63,813 nucleotides of DNA, filler included, from Octopus bimaculoides (GCF_001194135.2; 7 parts of 7 records of this genome joined end to end with filler, not necessarily neighbours in it); one strand, 5' to 3'; counted from the first letter of the whole stretch, positions 50,549 through 63,240 are shown. Made by a program: numbers and translations. Notes: generated by a model not told the origin, from the sequence alone.

Positions 50549-51080
50549 TAAATAGATAATTGAACATCATCAACAATACCAGAGGGACTATACGTACCTT
50601 AATATAGCATACCACAACACTACTTATTATACTACAGCCACTACTACACAGATCATAGAATCAATAACGCCAATATTTCTTAAACAACCTACATCACCAG
50701 TAACACGACAGGTACTAGCTGTAAGACATATCACAACATCAATAAGACTACTATATTAAAGATAATCTTCAACAGCACCGTAGGACACTAAAGCATATCA
50801 TAACATAAACATCAACAATGCATGCAAGACAATCTACAACACCACCAGGCGAGTCATAGACATCTTAATGTCAATATTAGTACTCATCATAAAATATGTA
50901 CACGTTGTAGAATACCAGCAGGAAGATTAAAATATATCATAATACTAAAATAACGTCAATCCTACTAAGACATGGCACACATTTATGAACGACACCACAA
51001 GCACTTACACTTGAACATCTATTGTAACACAAGTGCTGCAACAAGACAGCATAAGTCTCATTCATTGGCATTCAACCTGT
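49400..51080. repeat. Degenerate A/C-rich array with a recurring TAAGACATATCA-like motif
   Basis: Motif variants at about 49561, 49964, 50009, 50075, 50150, 50202, 50242, 50434, 50721 and 50966. Confidence 0.55.
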
Positions 51081-52564
51081 TAGGCATAGCAGCCAAATGT
51101 CCTTCAAATTATAAAATCACTCTCCTGGTAGAGAAATAACATTGGATAACGAAGTCAGAGGAGCTACGACTAAAAATTCTGTGGTTAACCAGGAAGGATA
51201 TCAGTCTAAATAACAGCAGTAAGGAGCAATGTATTCACCCGTATAACTAAGAAAATGAACATCAACAGCGAAACCATGCATAGGAAGAGCTCTGGTGACA
51301 TCGCCAATCCACATGGCCACCAAAACATTCTGAGTATATTACGGACAGCATAAGTAACTAGCTGCACAGTTAACTGGCTGTTGTTGTCAGACACGTCTCC
51401 GTCGTCATCGTCGTTCTTATTGTCATCGTTAGCATCATCAGCATCACCAATATGGTTAGTCTCCGTTTGAGGCCTGACATCGTAAAGATAACAACTGGTC
51501 AGAAGTGTGAGTTGTTTCTTTCAAGAGTTCCTGCTTGCGTAACGATATTACTGAAGCATTGCGACAGACACAGGAAACGACGAGAATCAGACGACGTAGA
51601 TGATGAAGAAGAGGAAGGAGAATAGTGGGGAGGAAGTGTAGAGTGAAGATGACGACGACGATGTGTAAGTTGACGATGCTGATGGCAGCGACTAAGTTAA
51701 TCATGATTGCCAACAGCGACGGCGATGTCGATGAAGTTGGTGACAGCGATGAGGACAGTGATGTGGAGGTCGTGCTATCATTGGATGAAGCAGGTGATGA
51801 AGGAGGTATTGAAATCAGATAATGCTTGTAATGGCTGCAACTAAATGAAACGGCAATGTGGAAAATACAGACTTGGACGAAGAGGATGAGATGACATGAA
51901 GAAAGACAGCGACAATGAACGACGACGATGACAACGATGACAGCGACGGCGTTCATGATGATAATGAATAAACATCATCATTCTCAACGTCGCCGCCAGC
52001 ATCAGCACCATCGTCACCGTTTAAGAAACTAGTGGTGATGATGACGATAGCAAGATTTATTGTTATATAAGTTGTATTTCTTTTTGATAGTTAAATAGTT
52101 CTGCTGGTGTTGTGTGGTCGACGAGATGTAATAAGAGCGGAGTGACTTAAAGAGTGGGAATAAGTGTATCATCAATCGCTAGCACACAGCTTTCTGAATA
52201 GCTTTGGAAATGAAAGCCTGACTGTAGGTATTCATGTGTGTACGCGTGTTCGTTTATATATGTGCGTGTGTTTGTGTGAAAGTTTTAGTTTATAAATGCT
52301 TATTTATATATATGTTTATATATATATATATATATATATATATNNNNNNNNNNNNNNNNNNNNNNNNNNNNNNNNNNNNNNNNNNNNNNNNNNNNNNNNN
52401 NNNNNNNNNNNNNNNNNNNNNNNNNNNNNNNNNNNNNNNNNNNNNNNNNNNNNNNNNNNNNNNNNNNNNNNNNNNNNNNNNNNNNNNNATACATGTCAAT
52501 ATAATTTATATATATGTATATATATAAATATATACAGTCAGATATAGATAGAGAGGTAGGTAGG

Positions 52565-52608
<44 letters not shown>

Positions 52609-53287
52609 CAGACAGATAGATAGATAGATACATATGTAGGTTTGTCTCTGTGTGTGCGAGTGGGTGTGTATATATCTGCATGTATGTATATATACAGGTA
52701 TGTATATTTATAGGTATATACAGATGTGTACGTTTATATATCAATATTTAAAACAAGCACACAGACAAACGCTCGGGAGCACACACGCACACTTACGCAA
52801 GGATATGGATATAGGTATTCATGTATTGAGTCTGTATGAATCCGTGTGCGTCAGTGTGTGTGCGTGTATGCGTGTTTGTGTACGAATGTGTGCGGGTGTG
52901 CGCGCGTGTGTATGAGTGTGTATAGCAATATGTATATGTCTTTAAAGTCATACATACGCAGAAACACACACACGCACGCACACATAGTTATATATATGTA
53001 TATACATATATATATATATATATATANNNNNNNNNNNNNNNNNNNNNNNNNNNNNNNNNNNNNNNNNNNNTTAATTAATTAANNNNNNNNNNNNNNNNNN
53101 NNNNNNNNNNNNNNNNNNNNNNNNNNCCCGATCACCGTTTGTTATCTCCCCCTTTCTTAGCTCTCCTGAAATAAGAATTTCTAACTAAATAAGAATTTCA
53201 TTGTTATGATCGGCCATTATTATGATTGACCGTTGACTGAACACTATTCAATTTTTTTTCTCCGTGTTTTTCTCCTTGTCTCCGTAT

Positions 53288-53324
53288 TCTTTCTGTTGAA
53301 GAGCGTAGCTCGAAACGTCAAAGA
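53288..53324 (+). ncRNA. Minimal type I hammerhead ribozyme-like fold (core CUGUUGA), in a repeat module about 53130-53415 ending at (TA)n
   Basis: Stem I UCUUU/AAAGA (5 bp), core CUGUUGA plus an extra A, stem II GAGC-GUA-GCUC, GAAAC, triplet GUC (53317-53319), palindromic ACGU stem III. Confidence 0.65.
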
Positions 53325-53412
53325 CTTTCCGTATTCCCGAGCGTCATACTAATATATACTTTTGTTATTTACACCACCTGTCCTCGTCTGTTGTTATTAT
53401 TTGTATATTCTC

Positions 53413-53454
<42 letters not shown>

Positions 53455-54749
53455 ATACATATATACACATGTATATATATGCATATATATATATAGACAT
53501 GTGTATGTATATATATGTATATATGGGTGTGTGTGTATACATACACACACTTGCACACACACACATACACACACATATACATTCACACTCACATTTCCAT
53601 ATACGGATAATATGCTTTTATTTATTTACTTATTTTTGTTATTTTTCATATATTTTTATTTGTATTTTGATTTTTGCTATGACTTGTATTGTTTGTATAT
53701 TTACACGCCTTTGTATCAGAATATAACCATCCCCAGGCCCGCTTCTTCAGGAGCATGCTTGTTGTTGATACAAATGAGGGATTACATATTTCTTCATATT
53801 TTTCATTTAGGAGAATGCTGTATTTTCACATTCTTAGCAACCTTTTTTAGATGCAACTTTTTCTTAATGTTTGTATATTTTACTCGTATTTCTATTTCAC
53901 CTTCAACTTTCTATCTGACTACTGGCCAAATATGTAACATTTGCTAAACAAAATAACAAACAAGCATCATGAAGAAATTCTGAATGAAATACAAAACAAA
54001 TAAATACGGAAATAGAAAAAATCTTACTAGTTCACGTTCAACTTCTTTTTGTTATAGAAACAAAATGTGTTATTACTAATTTTATTTTTCTTCTGTTCAA
54101 GTTTGGAAGTGTGTATGCCCGAAGTTACACTAAACATAGTTAATCAAAGTATGAAATATGCATGCGTATATAATGTTCACGAAGCTACTTTTCTTTTACG
54201 CTTGAACAAAACATGAATCAACGATTCTCAGTTTCAATGCAATCTCATTGCTACCACTGTATTACTCGATTTCAAAATATTAAACGAGAATAAAGCAAAT
54301 TTTTACCAACAACGGAAGCATTGTGTTCAATAAAATCTGTGTTTGATACGTATGTAATGTAAGTAAATTGTTCGCAAGGGTCTTCTGCCATCCTTGCGGT
54401 GATTTATGCCATTGGATGGAAATGTGCTTCAGGAAAACTGTGACGAAGCCCTTCATATATATATATATATATATATATATANNNNNNNNNNNNNNNNNNN
54501 NNNNNNNNNNNNNNNNNNNNNNNNNNNNNNNNNNNNNNNNNNNNNNNNNNNNNNNNNNNNNNNNNNNNNNNNNNNNNNNNNNNNNNNNNNNNNNNNNNNC
54601 TCTCTCTCTTTATAGACACCCCCCACACACACATATATATATATATATATACATACATATAAATATGTGTGCATATGTGAGAGTGCGTTTGTCTTCGTCA
54701 ATGTTTGAATGTAATCAGTTTAAAAAAAAATTTCATATCTGGTTTTAAT

Positions 54750-56400
54750 TTTACTCAGGAATAATAAGTTTTCTATGTCTATTAACACTTAAGACAATTT
54801 CAGCCTGATATTCTGGGTGACTTTCAGGTGTTTAGAATAATATGCATTTATGTTAGCTTTCCTATATTTGATAACATTTGAAATGTATGGGATTTACATA
54901 AATAATAAGCGGAAGTGGGTCTGAACAATACCGTGTGGGGCTCCGTCTGTTGAAACATGTTACTCAGGAAGAATTTAATACATTACGATGGATTAAATGT
55001 ATTTAGTCATTGACTCCTCTACTGGATAATCTCTCAGCATAATAACATGGTCGATCCTGTCGTAAGCTTTAATGAAGGCAGGATAACTGATATATTTGTG
55101 TCGGAATCTTTTCCAGAGGATTTAGAATGTCTTAAGCAGTCTCTTTCTCGCGTAAACCAAGCAAAGAGTGTCTAGATGTTTGATATGATCTCTCTAGGAA
55201 TGAAATCATTTTGTCATCTTGCTCCTTTTTAGAATATTTCGATCATATGACAAATTAATAAAATCTGATGTCAACGGAAATTCATTATGAGCGACTTTTA
55301 AAAAACTTTTGAAAAACTGGTATGACACTCAGGAACGGAAAATATTCAAGAACAAAACGTGAGTCCAGCGAATTCTTCCAGAAATTCTTCCAGAAATTCT
55401 TCCAGATTAGAAAGAGGATATCAAAGTTGATGTCAGCATTCCCAATACCAAGCATTTGTCATGGATTGCTCCCGAATTGAGTTTTATTTTATTATTAGTT
55501 GCAGCGACAAGGCGGCGTGCTGGTAGAATTGTTAGCACACCGGGCAAAATGCTTAGCGGTATTTCGTCTGCACTACGTTCTAAGTTCAAATTCCATCGCG
55601 GTCGACTTTGCTTTTCATCCTTTCGGGGTCGATTAAATAAGTAACAATTGAAAACTAGGGTCAATGTAATCGACAGCTCCCTTCCCCTCAAATATTAGAC
55701 CCTGTACCTTCAGTAGAAAGGATTATTAGCAGCAATGACGTCCGCTGTTCTGAAAGTGATGTCAGGGTGAATATGTTGCGGATTTCCTTTAATTAATACT
55801 GCCTAAGTCCACCGAAAACAGTGTAGTGCTGCTTTTGTAGCTCCGCCATTCTATCTTTGGAAATATGTTTTCATTGATTAGCGGCCGATGAATGAAACAG
55901 TGGCCCTCTGCTATTTTGAAAATGCATACAACATACTGGGATTGTGTCTAATATATGCAATTGCCCGGTCTTCGATGGCAGCTCCTTTGGATATCAATGA
56001 CAGACCTCATACATTGCTCGAGATATTATTTTTACAACTCTAGATTTCTTATTGACCTTGAGATGAGTTTCTGCTGCTGGCAGTATTTTAACACATTGAT
56101 TTTCTAAAATTCTCGTCATTTCCCTTACGCTTGCATTTATTTTTGTTTCTGGCCGCGATAGGCTGAGGTATACACATATATGAGCAACTGTCCTCATACA
56201 GCTTACAAAACATTTTGATATCGGTGAGATTGAGAACGAAAAAACCACTCAACACATAATAGGTTATGTATAATTCACTCCAGTTCACTCAATGTAGGTC
56301 CTTGTTGTTGAATTCGGTGAGTGATTTTAGTTTAACTTCTGGTTGTTTAAAAATGAAGTTGCAGCGTCCTATGTCATGGTATGAGAGAAAGGCGTTTTCT
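54750..56400 (-). mobile_element. Heavily decayed CR1/L2/Jockey-group LINE RT, interrupted by a SINE
   Basis: Minus-strand relic motifs FIKAYDRIDHVIMLR (55031-55076, like FxKAFDxVDH), GAPHG...ISNVIKY (about 54930, like GVPQG...IND) and RNIFTLTSLSE (like YRPISLTS). Many stops. Confidence 0.5.
55509..55727 (+). mobile_element. SINE family B
   Basis: aaggcggcgtgctggtagaattgttagcac...gttcaaattcc...agtagaaaggattatt. Confidence 0.88.
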
Positions 56401-57307
56401 GCAGTGAGGTTATGAATAGTTTTGCATGATTGCTAAACACTAAAACCAAATATTTTATGTATCTTTTTAGCTCGAGCACGAGTTAAAACAGGGAGAAGTC
56501 ATTAGTTTGAAAAGTGTCTCTACTGTTGCTTTATCTGAGGTGAAGATATAAATCCTTGTATCAGATTATAATAATAATTTGATCTCAGAAAATATACAAT
56601 AAAATTGCAAACTAATCCATTCTCCGCATAAGATGAAAAAAATGCAGAGAAGTGTAAGAAAATTGTGAAGTAGTGATGACAAATAAATACATTTATTTAT
56701 CACAAACATATTGGAGGTTTTCACTAATCAAGTCATTTATTTATAGTCTTCAACCATTAAAGAATATGTCATTTGAAGATGTCCTGAAAATAGTGACGTC
56801 TGAAAATTTATGTATGTTTTGACAAAGATCAGAATAAATATTTATAAAAGTATTTACCAAAATAGTGATAAAGTGCTTAAAATGATGGCGCAACGTTAAA
56901 AAATATATAGAAGCAAACCATTATATTGCAATATGAAGGCAGCAATTTCTATGTAAGTATGTACGGATGCAAGCACATATGTACGTATTTGTCTATCTAT
57001 TAATTTCACTATACGTCCACCTAACGGTTTGCCTGTCTCCCTACTCATCTATATGTTTATTTATTTATCCATTTATACATCAGTTTCTGTCACTACTTTT
57101 CACATCCTGACTTCCGCTCTTTATTTATAATTATTTCTTTTTTCAAAATCGAAAGCAAGAATCGTGTAAAGTGCAAGATAAACTAGTTTTCGTGGTACAT
57201 ACTTTAAAGTAATATATAAACAAACTGAATAAAGAAAAATAATTCTAGGTATTTATTTATATGAATAGCAGTATAGGAATGAGAACCCACGTTCGAAATT
57301 CCCCCAA

Positions 57308-57353
57308 AACACCTGATGAAGGTTGGAGGGTTTATCAGCCGAAACGTTGTGTT
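57308..57353 (+). ncRNA. Minimal type I hammerhead ribozyme with canonical CUGAUGA core, in module 57274-57442
   Basis: Stem I AACAC/GUGUU; CUGAUGA at 57313-57319 plus an extra A; stem II GGUUG/CAGCC; GAAA at 57341-57344; C-G-U-U with triplet GUU (57346-57348); palindromic ACGU stem III, as in Penelope-associated dimeric hammerheads. Confidence 0.8.
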
Positions 57354-57442
57354 AACAACAAACAAGATGAGGACAAATGTCCGTCAAATGTAAATAATAC
57401 AAATAATGTACATAACTCCTCATCTCTTAAATATAGAACTGT

Positions 57443-57540
57443 ATTACAAAGTATTAGTCCTGGGGTCGATTCACTCGAGTAAAAGGTGGTACTCCAGCAT
57501 GGTCGCAGTCTGAAACAAGTAAAAGAATCAAGGAATAAGA
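57443..57540 (+). mobile_element. SINE family A, 3' fragment
   Basis: tacaaag.attagtcctggggtcgatt...ctccagcatggtcgcagt..gaaacaagtaaaagaat. Confidence 0.75.
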
Positions 57541-57559
57541 ATATATATATTATATATTT

Positions 57560-58529
57560 CTGGAAAAAGTTTAATCTCTTATTAAACTTTTCATTATGCA
57601 AATTTGAGAATTTGGCTTTAGGATAGACACCACTAAAACCAACACTAAAATCAACCCTATGGCTACGATATGTTGATGACACCTTTATACTCTGGCCTCT
57701 CCAGGAAGATGTCCAAGTGCTGTTAGATCATGTGAACTCAATAAAGCCATCCATTCACAATAGAAAAGGAAAAAGACAATCAGCTGGCATTCCTGGACGT
57801 ATTAATAACACGCACCAAGTATGGATTCAGGACATCCGTATACTGCAAGCCGACCTTTACTGGACGATAACTCAACTTCAATTCCCACCATCCATACAGT
57901 GTAAAAAGACGGATTGCTCAGTGCCTAAAACATCGTACAAAGAATATAAGTAGCGATCGTGATACACACCGCGAAGAAATGATCAAGCTCAATAACGATC
58001 TGTTCAGCAACAACTACCCCAAAAGTATACGATCTACTCCAATTATGAAGAAAAGAGAGGACGAGGCCAATAAACTGTCTACAGTCTGTCTACCCTATGT
58101 GAAAGGCCTCTCCGAAAAGATACAAAAGATATGCGGCCCATATGACATCAGGACATTATTCAAGAGTAAACAACACTTCGCAGAAATCTCCTTCGGGTAA
58201 AACCACTAATAGAAGAGAATATGACCAAGAACTGCGTATACTCCATCCCATGCAGCTGTGGTACGTTATACAAAGGCGAAACATGTCACCCCCTCAAAAT
58301 AAGGGTAGACCAACATCGCATAGCTGTGACACGAAGAGATATTGATAAATCCAGTAAACCGATCATGTATCGGAAAATAATAGACAGAGAACACCACTGG
58401 AAATAACGAAAACTAAAAGAAGCAGCACATATGCTAGGACACATCAACCTCCTAAGCAGACCGAATGCAGATATGAGCAGCATATGAGAACCGGTATTAA
58501 GGAAGGATAGAAAAATATTAGATTTATAA
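57560..58529 (+). mobile_element. Penelope-like element, 5'-truncated: RT C-terminus plus GIY-YIG endonuclease (pseudogenised)
   Basis: KFENLAL...WLRYVDDTFILWP...LLDHVNSIKPSI; LPYVKGLSEKIQKI; NCVYSIPCSCGTLYKGETCHPLKIRVDQH. Frameshifts present. Confidence 0.9.
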
Positions 58530-58540
58530 GCCCTACAATT

Positions 58541-58696
58541 CACGGGCATATGGAGTAGTGGTTAAGAGAGCGAGCTACTAACCCCAAGATTCTGAGTTCG
58601 ATTCCAAGCAGTGACCTGAACAATAATAATAGTGATAATAACAGCGAAAAATACCTGAGGAATGTAATAATGCCTCATCTCTGAAATATAGAACTG
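58541..58696 (+). mobile_element. tRNA-like head + (AAT)n + internally deleted copy of the 57274-57442 module
   Basis: A box TGGAGTAGTGG (58551-58561), loop cTACTAA resembling tRNA-Ser(GCU) cTGCTAA, B box GTTCGATTCC (58596-58605). The tail cctcatctct.aaatatagaactg is shared with 57418-57441. Confidence 0.75.
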
Positions 58697-59018
58697 AAAA
58701 AGATAATCTTGTTTAAAACCACACTTTAGCATACAAAACTCAACACCAATATATATACATACCTACATGATTAATATATAAATACACCTTATCTTAATGA
58801 CTTGTCAGTCATTAAGATAAAGTGCTTCTTGTATGAGTTGGTTTAACTCTTATTTCTAGCAATAGTGCCCTCAGTATATAAGGGTCTCCTCTTTTGCCAC
58901 AGACATTTTCATTGATATCCATCAATTTTTGATTGTAAAATTGCGAACAAGCCACCCTTATTATACACACACACGTGCATATATTTACAAATTTTTCCAC
59001 ATAAATTATATGAAAATT

Positions 59019-59052
<34 letters not shown>

Positions 59053-60346
59053 NNNNNNNNNNACATTGAACTAAGATTCCCTTCCAGGTACAATGCTTGT
59101 ACGCGATCGCTTGACATGCCAACGCTAAAAGTTGAACTGGTCTGGGTCGGAGCGCTAACCTCAGCGGTTTGCTCCCTTAATGGATCTTGGACTAAGCATC
59201 AGAGTCAACAAAACCGTCATATCTGAAAGTCCTGAAAATACCTGCCAAATCCTCCATAAAGAAAAGCTTATTCTGTCCAAACATGAATCTTAACTGGATA
59301 TTAAAGATATAGATTAGCTATGACTGAAACTGACGTGATGGGTCTGGTTTGAAAATGTTTGGTTAAATACCTTCTTTCATTAATGCTTACTTGAGTTTGA
59401 ACCACAACAACTAAACATTTATTTTCATTCCAGAAAATTCAGAATTAAAGCATTGACACGAGTTAATGATAATATGTAAAATCGTAGTCATAAGTACTTT
59501 TTAATGTTTTAAAAGGTTAAATCGAATCTTTTATATAGCAAGACTATGTTGTAAACAAAAATTTTATTTTGTAATATAAATTCTATGCGTAAATCTACGA
59601 AAATAAATTTATATCATAGTCGCTACATCAAGGTGTTTTTGCACTATGAAAATTTCTAGACCATGCCCTCGAGTTGAAATCAAAACAAAACTGGAACTAA
59701 AAATTATATACGAATTTTAAAGTAAAACAAATGAATGCGAGAAAGCCATTGATGTTTTGTGTCGGTGAAATTAATGCAAATAAGTCAAATAGTGGAATAA
59801 GTTTGAAGCCGTGAGGAAGAAGAAAAGTAAAAGTTGTTGGGCGGAACATTTCGTCGGAGAGAAAAGAAATGACAACTGATAAATTTATAAATTATATAGT
59901 TCAATATTGCTTGATCAATAATTTAGATTCTCTTATTCCACTCCTGAAATTTGCTTAATATCACGAATGTTATACTTTCAAATAAATCATTCCTTTATCT
60001 TGTTTTGAAATATTTTCTTGATTTATCACAAATATTAGATCAACCTCGCAAAAACAGTGACAAAGTGCCTGTTCAATCACTGCTTAATGTCATAAACAAG
60101 AAACAACGTTACACGATATTAGTTTGCAAATTATCAAAATATATGGTGAACAAGACTTTCATATCTTTAATTTCACATGAAATCAACGATTGCAAAACGA
60201 GTGATTAAAGCAGTGTTCCTCCGAGTGATTCTGGAGTAACGACGTTTGACAACAAGGTATGTAGATCAGAGATGAACGTCTACACAGGTCGAGCCTATAC
60301 TTATCTGCGTTGGGAAATCATAGCACCGTGATTAGAGTGTCGCAGT

Positions 60347-60566
60347 AAATAATCCTTTCTATTATAGACACAAGGATTGAAATTTGGGGGAGGGGAGGTT
60401 GTTGATTACATCGACCCCAGTAGTCAACTGCTACTTAATTCAGCGATCAGAAAAGGATGAAAGGCAAAGTCGACCCCGGCGGAATTTGAACTTAGAACGT
60501 GGCAAAAGACGAAATACGGCTAAGCATTTCGCCCGGCGTGCTAACAATTCTGCCTGCTCGCCGCCT
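60347..60566 (-). mobile_element. SINE family B
   Basis: Reverse complement of the family B head and tail. Confidence 0.88.
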
Positions 60567-61495
60567 GAAATAATCACGAGACACATACTTTAAGCTGAGC
60601 ATGCTGAAGGAGACATACGGGAATATCAAAATGGTGATGTTCCGTTAATGTCCATAGTCTCAGCTCGTCGCATTTATGAATCTAGAGGAAAAATGTAATG
60701 ATGGTTGTTTCTGATAGGACTCTATGGAAGTGGAACCCGAGGATTAGTGAGCGCAGAAAATGGATATCTGGATGATATGGTATCTTGCAGAAAACGTCTA
60801 AAGGAAAACGTATAGAGACTATCTTTGTAGATTTACATTGAAATTTCACATAAATAACAAGTATTAAGTGTCATGTAACTCGTAACAGTGATCCACGGCA
60901 CTGAGAGTGCAAATAATTAAGGTAAGACAACAAAAAAAAATGGGTTCTCCTAGGATTCGAATTAAAAATGTAAACGGTAGGAATCCTGATCATTCTATTA
61001 AAATTTCTACCGCTCCAAAGATTTTGATACTTACAGATTAGAATTCCTAAAATTGGTATAATAATGCAATAGGATATATATTATAAAACGAAATTTTTGG
61101 TAGTGGTATCTGTTCTAGATTATCACTGATATGATGATGAGACCAGAAGAATCTGAGGAGTATCTAAAGGGAGAAAGTTAACTACTCTGCATCGTTTTGG
61201 ATTCTTAACACTAAATGGAAAAGATGGTTGTTATTAACACTCAGATATCTGTACGTACACTTTCTTTCAAACGGAACAGTAGAGATCTTTAAAATGTCTC
61301 TAAATTAATTTCCCGCCCGATAAGAACACGTGACATAGCGTAAATATATTCCTCTCTAGCGTATGATGTGATATAAGTGTTTAATTTTGTTTTATACAAT
61401 GTGTATATGATATTTCGTTTATTATAAGTACTTATTCATTGTCTTTATATCATACTATCTGTTTCCTTTACATAAGCCTGTGTATGTGAAGAATG

Positions 61496-61539
<44 letters not shown>

Positions 61540-61820
61540 CAATAATAAATCTGTGAGCGAGATATAAACAGTAGCAGCACATATACTTCNNNNNNNNNNN
61601 NNNNNNNNNNNNNNNNNNNNNNNNNNNNNNNNNTTAATTAATTAANNNNNNNNNNNNNNNNNNNNNNNNNNNNNNNNNNNNNNNNNNNNTATATATATAT
61701 ATATATATATATACATATATATATCTACATATACATATACATATATCTATATATACATATATATCTATATATCTATCTCTCTCTTTATATATATATATAT
61801 ATTATATATATGTATATATA

Positions 61821-61852
<32 letters not shown>

Positions 61853-61915
61853 ATATATATATATACATATATATATATACATATATATATACATATATAT
61901 ATATACATATATATA

Positions 61916-62286
61916 TGGCTGTGTGGTAGGTAGCTTGCTTACTAAACACATGGTTCCGGGTTCAGTCCCACTGCGTGGCACCGTTGGCGAATGTCTTCTA
62001 CTATAACCTCGCGCCGACCAAGGCCTTGTGAGTGGATTTGTTAGACAGAAACTGAAAGAAGCCCGTCGTATATATGTATATATATATATGTTTGTGTGTC
62101 TGTGTTTGTCCCCCCACCATCGCTTGACAACCGATGCTGGTGTGTTTACGTCCCCGTAAAGAGACCGATAGAATAACTACTAGGCTTCCAAAGAATAAGT
62201 CCTGTGGTCGATTTTCTCGAATAAAGCCGGTCCTCCAGCATGGCTGCAGCCAAATGACTAAAACAAGTGAAAGAGTAAAGAGAGAG
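61916..62286 (+). mobile_element. SINE family A, full length
   Basis: Matches 10204-10606 along its length, with a short internal deletion. Confidence 0.92.
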
Positions 62287-63124
62287 TATGTGTGTTTGTT
62301 TGAATTTTTGTCTTTATATCAAAGAAGGCTACGAATATAGATGCAACCCCCTCAAATAGATGTTAATAGGAAAAGTCTTTTGAACGGTTTGTTTTGCGGC
62401 AATGAGAAACACTTCTACGTCACTTCGGTCAGCGCATGAAAAGTGATCAGTGGTTGCTTCGTTGTATTTTTGACAGCAACATATCTACTTTTCAATGATA
62501 ATTACATAAAATAGCATTCGTAAAAATGAAAGAATTATAGTTCCCTATCATGAGTACCGATGATACATAGCTATTAAGACAGAATAGACGGCCAAATATT
62601 GTGTGTGCATTAAACTTACATTGTATCGACGTAACACAATTCACCAATACATAAACACACGGTTATCTATCTACCTATTTGCCTATCACAATATGTATGT
62701 ATATAAAGAGAGACTGGCAGACACAGATAGACAGAGCGAAAAAGAGGAAAAACGAAAGAGGCGAATAGACACAGAGAAAGAAATCTATTCATGCACCTGA
62801 GTAGGTAAACAGAATTTTATACACTACTCAACCACACTGTATTGCATTCAATGCCTATAAATAGTTTCCCATTTAATGTCTTTTTACAGATCATTAATTA
62901 ACTGATATTCTTTATGAAGTGGCATGAATAGCAAAGTTTTTATTAAACAGTAATGAAAATCAATAACAGATTAATTGAAGTGTAATAGAAATTAGTTTCT
63001 TGAGTCGAAATCATTTTGAAACTCTCAAAAGAGTTTGATCTACGATCAAGTATTTTCTCGTCTTTAGTTACTTGGAATGAAGTGTAATTTCGTATGACTT
63101 TTTAAATTATTTTTGTTACTTATG

Positions 63125-63240
63125 AAAGCGGTCAGATTGCAGAATCGTTAGCACACTGGACGAAATGTTTCATAGTATTCCGTCTGTCACTACGTTTTGA
63201 GTTCTAATTCCGCTGCAGTCAACTTAGCCTTTCATCCCTG
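63125..63240 (+). mobile_element. SINE family B, 5' part
   Basis: aaagcggtcagattgcagaatcgttagcac...gagttctaattccgct...cctttcatcc. Confidence 0.7.

Noticed and set aside
58541-58615. Possible tRNA-Ser gene
   Set aside because: Acceptor and anticodon stems do not pair properly, there is no long variable arm, and it continues into repeat sequence. It is a SINE-type head.
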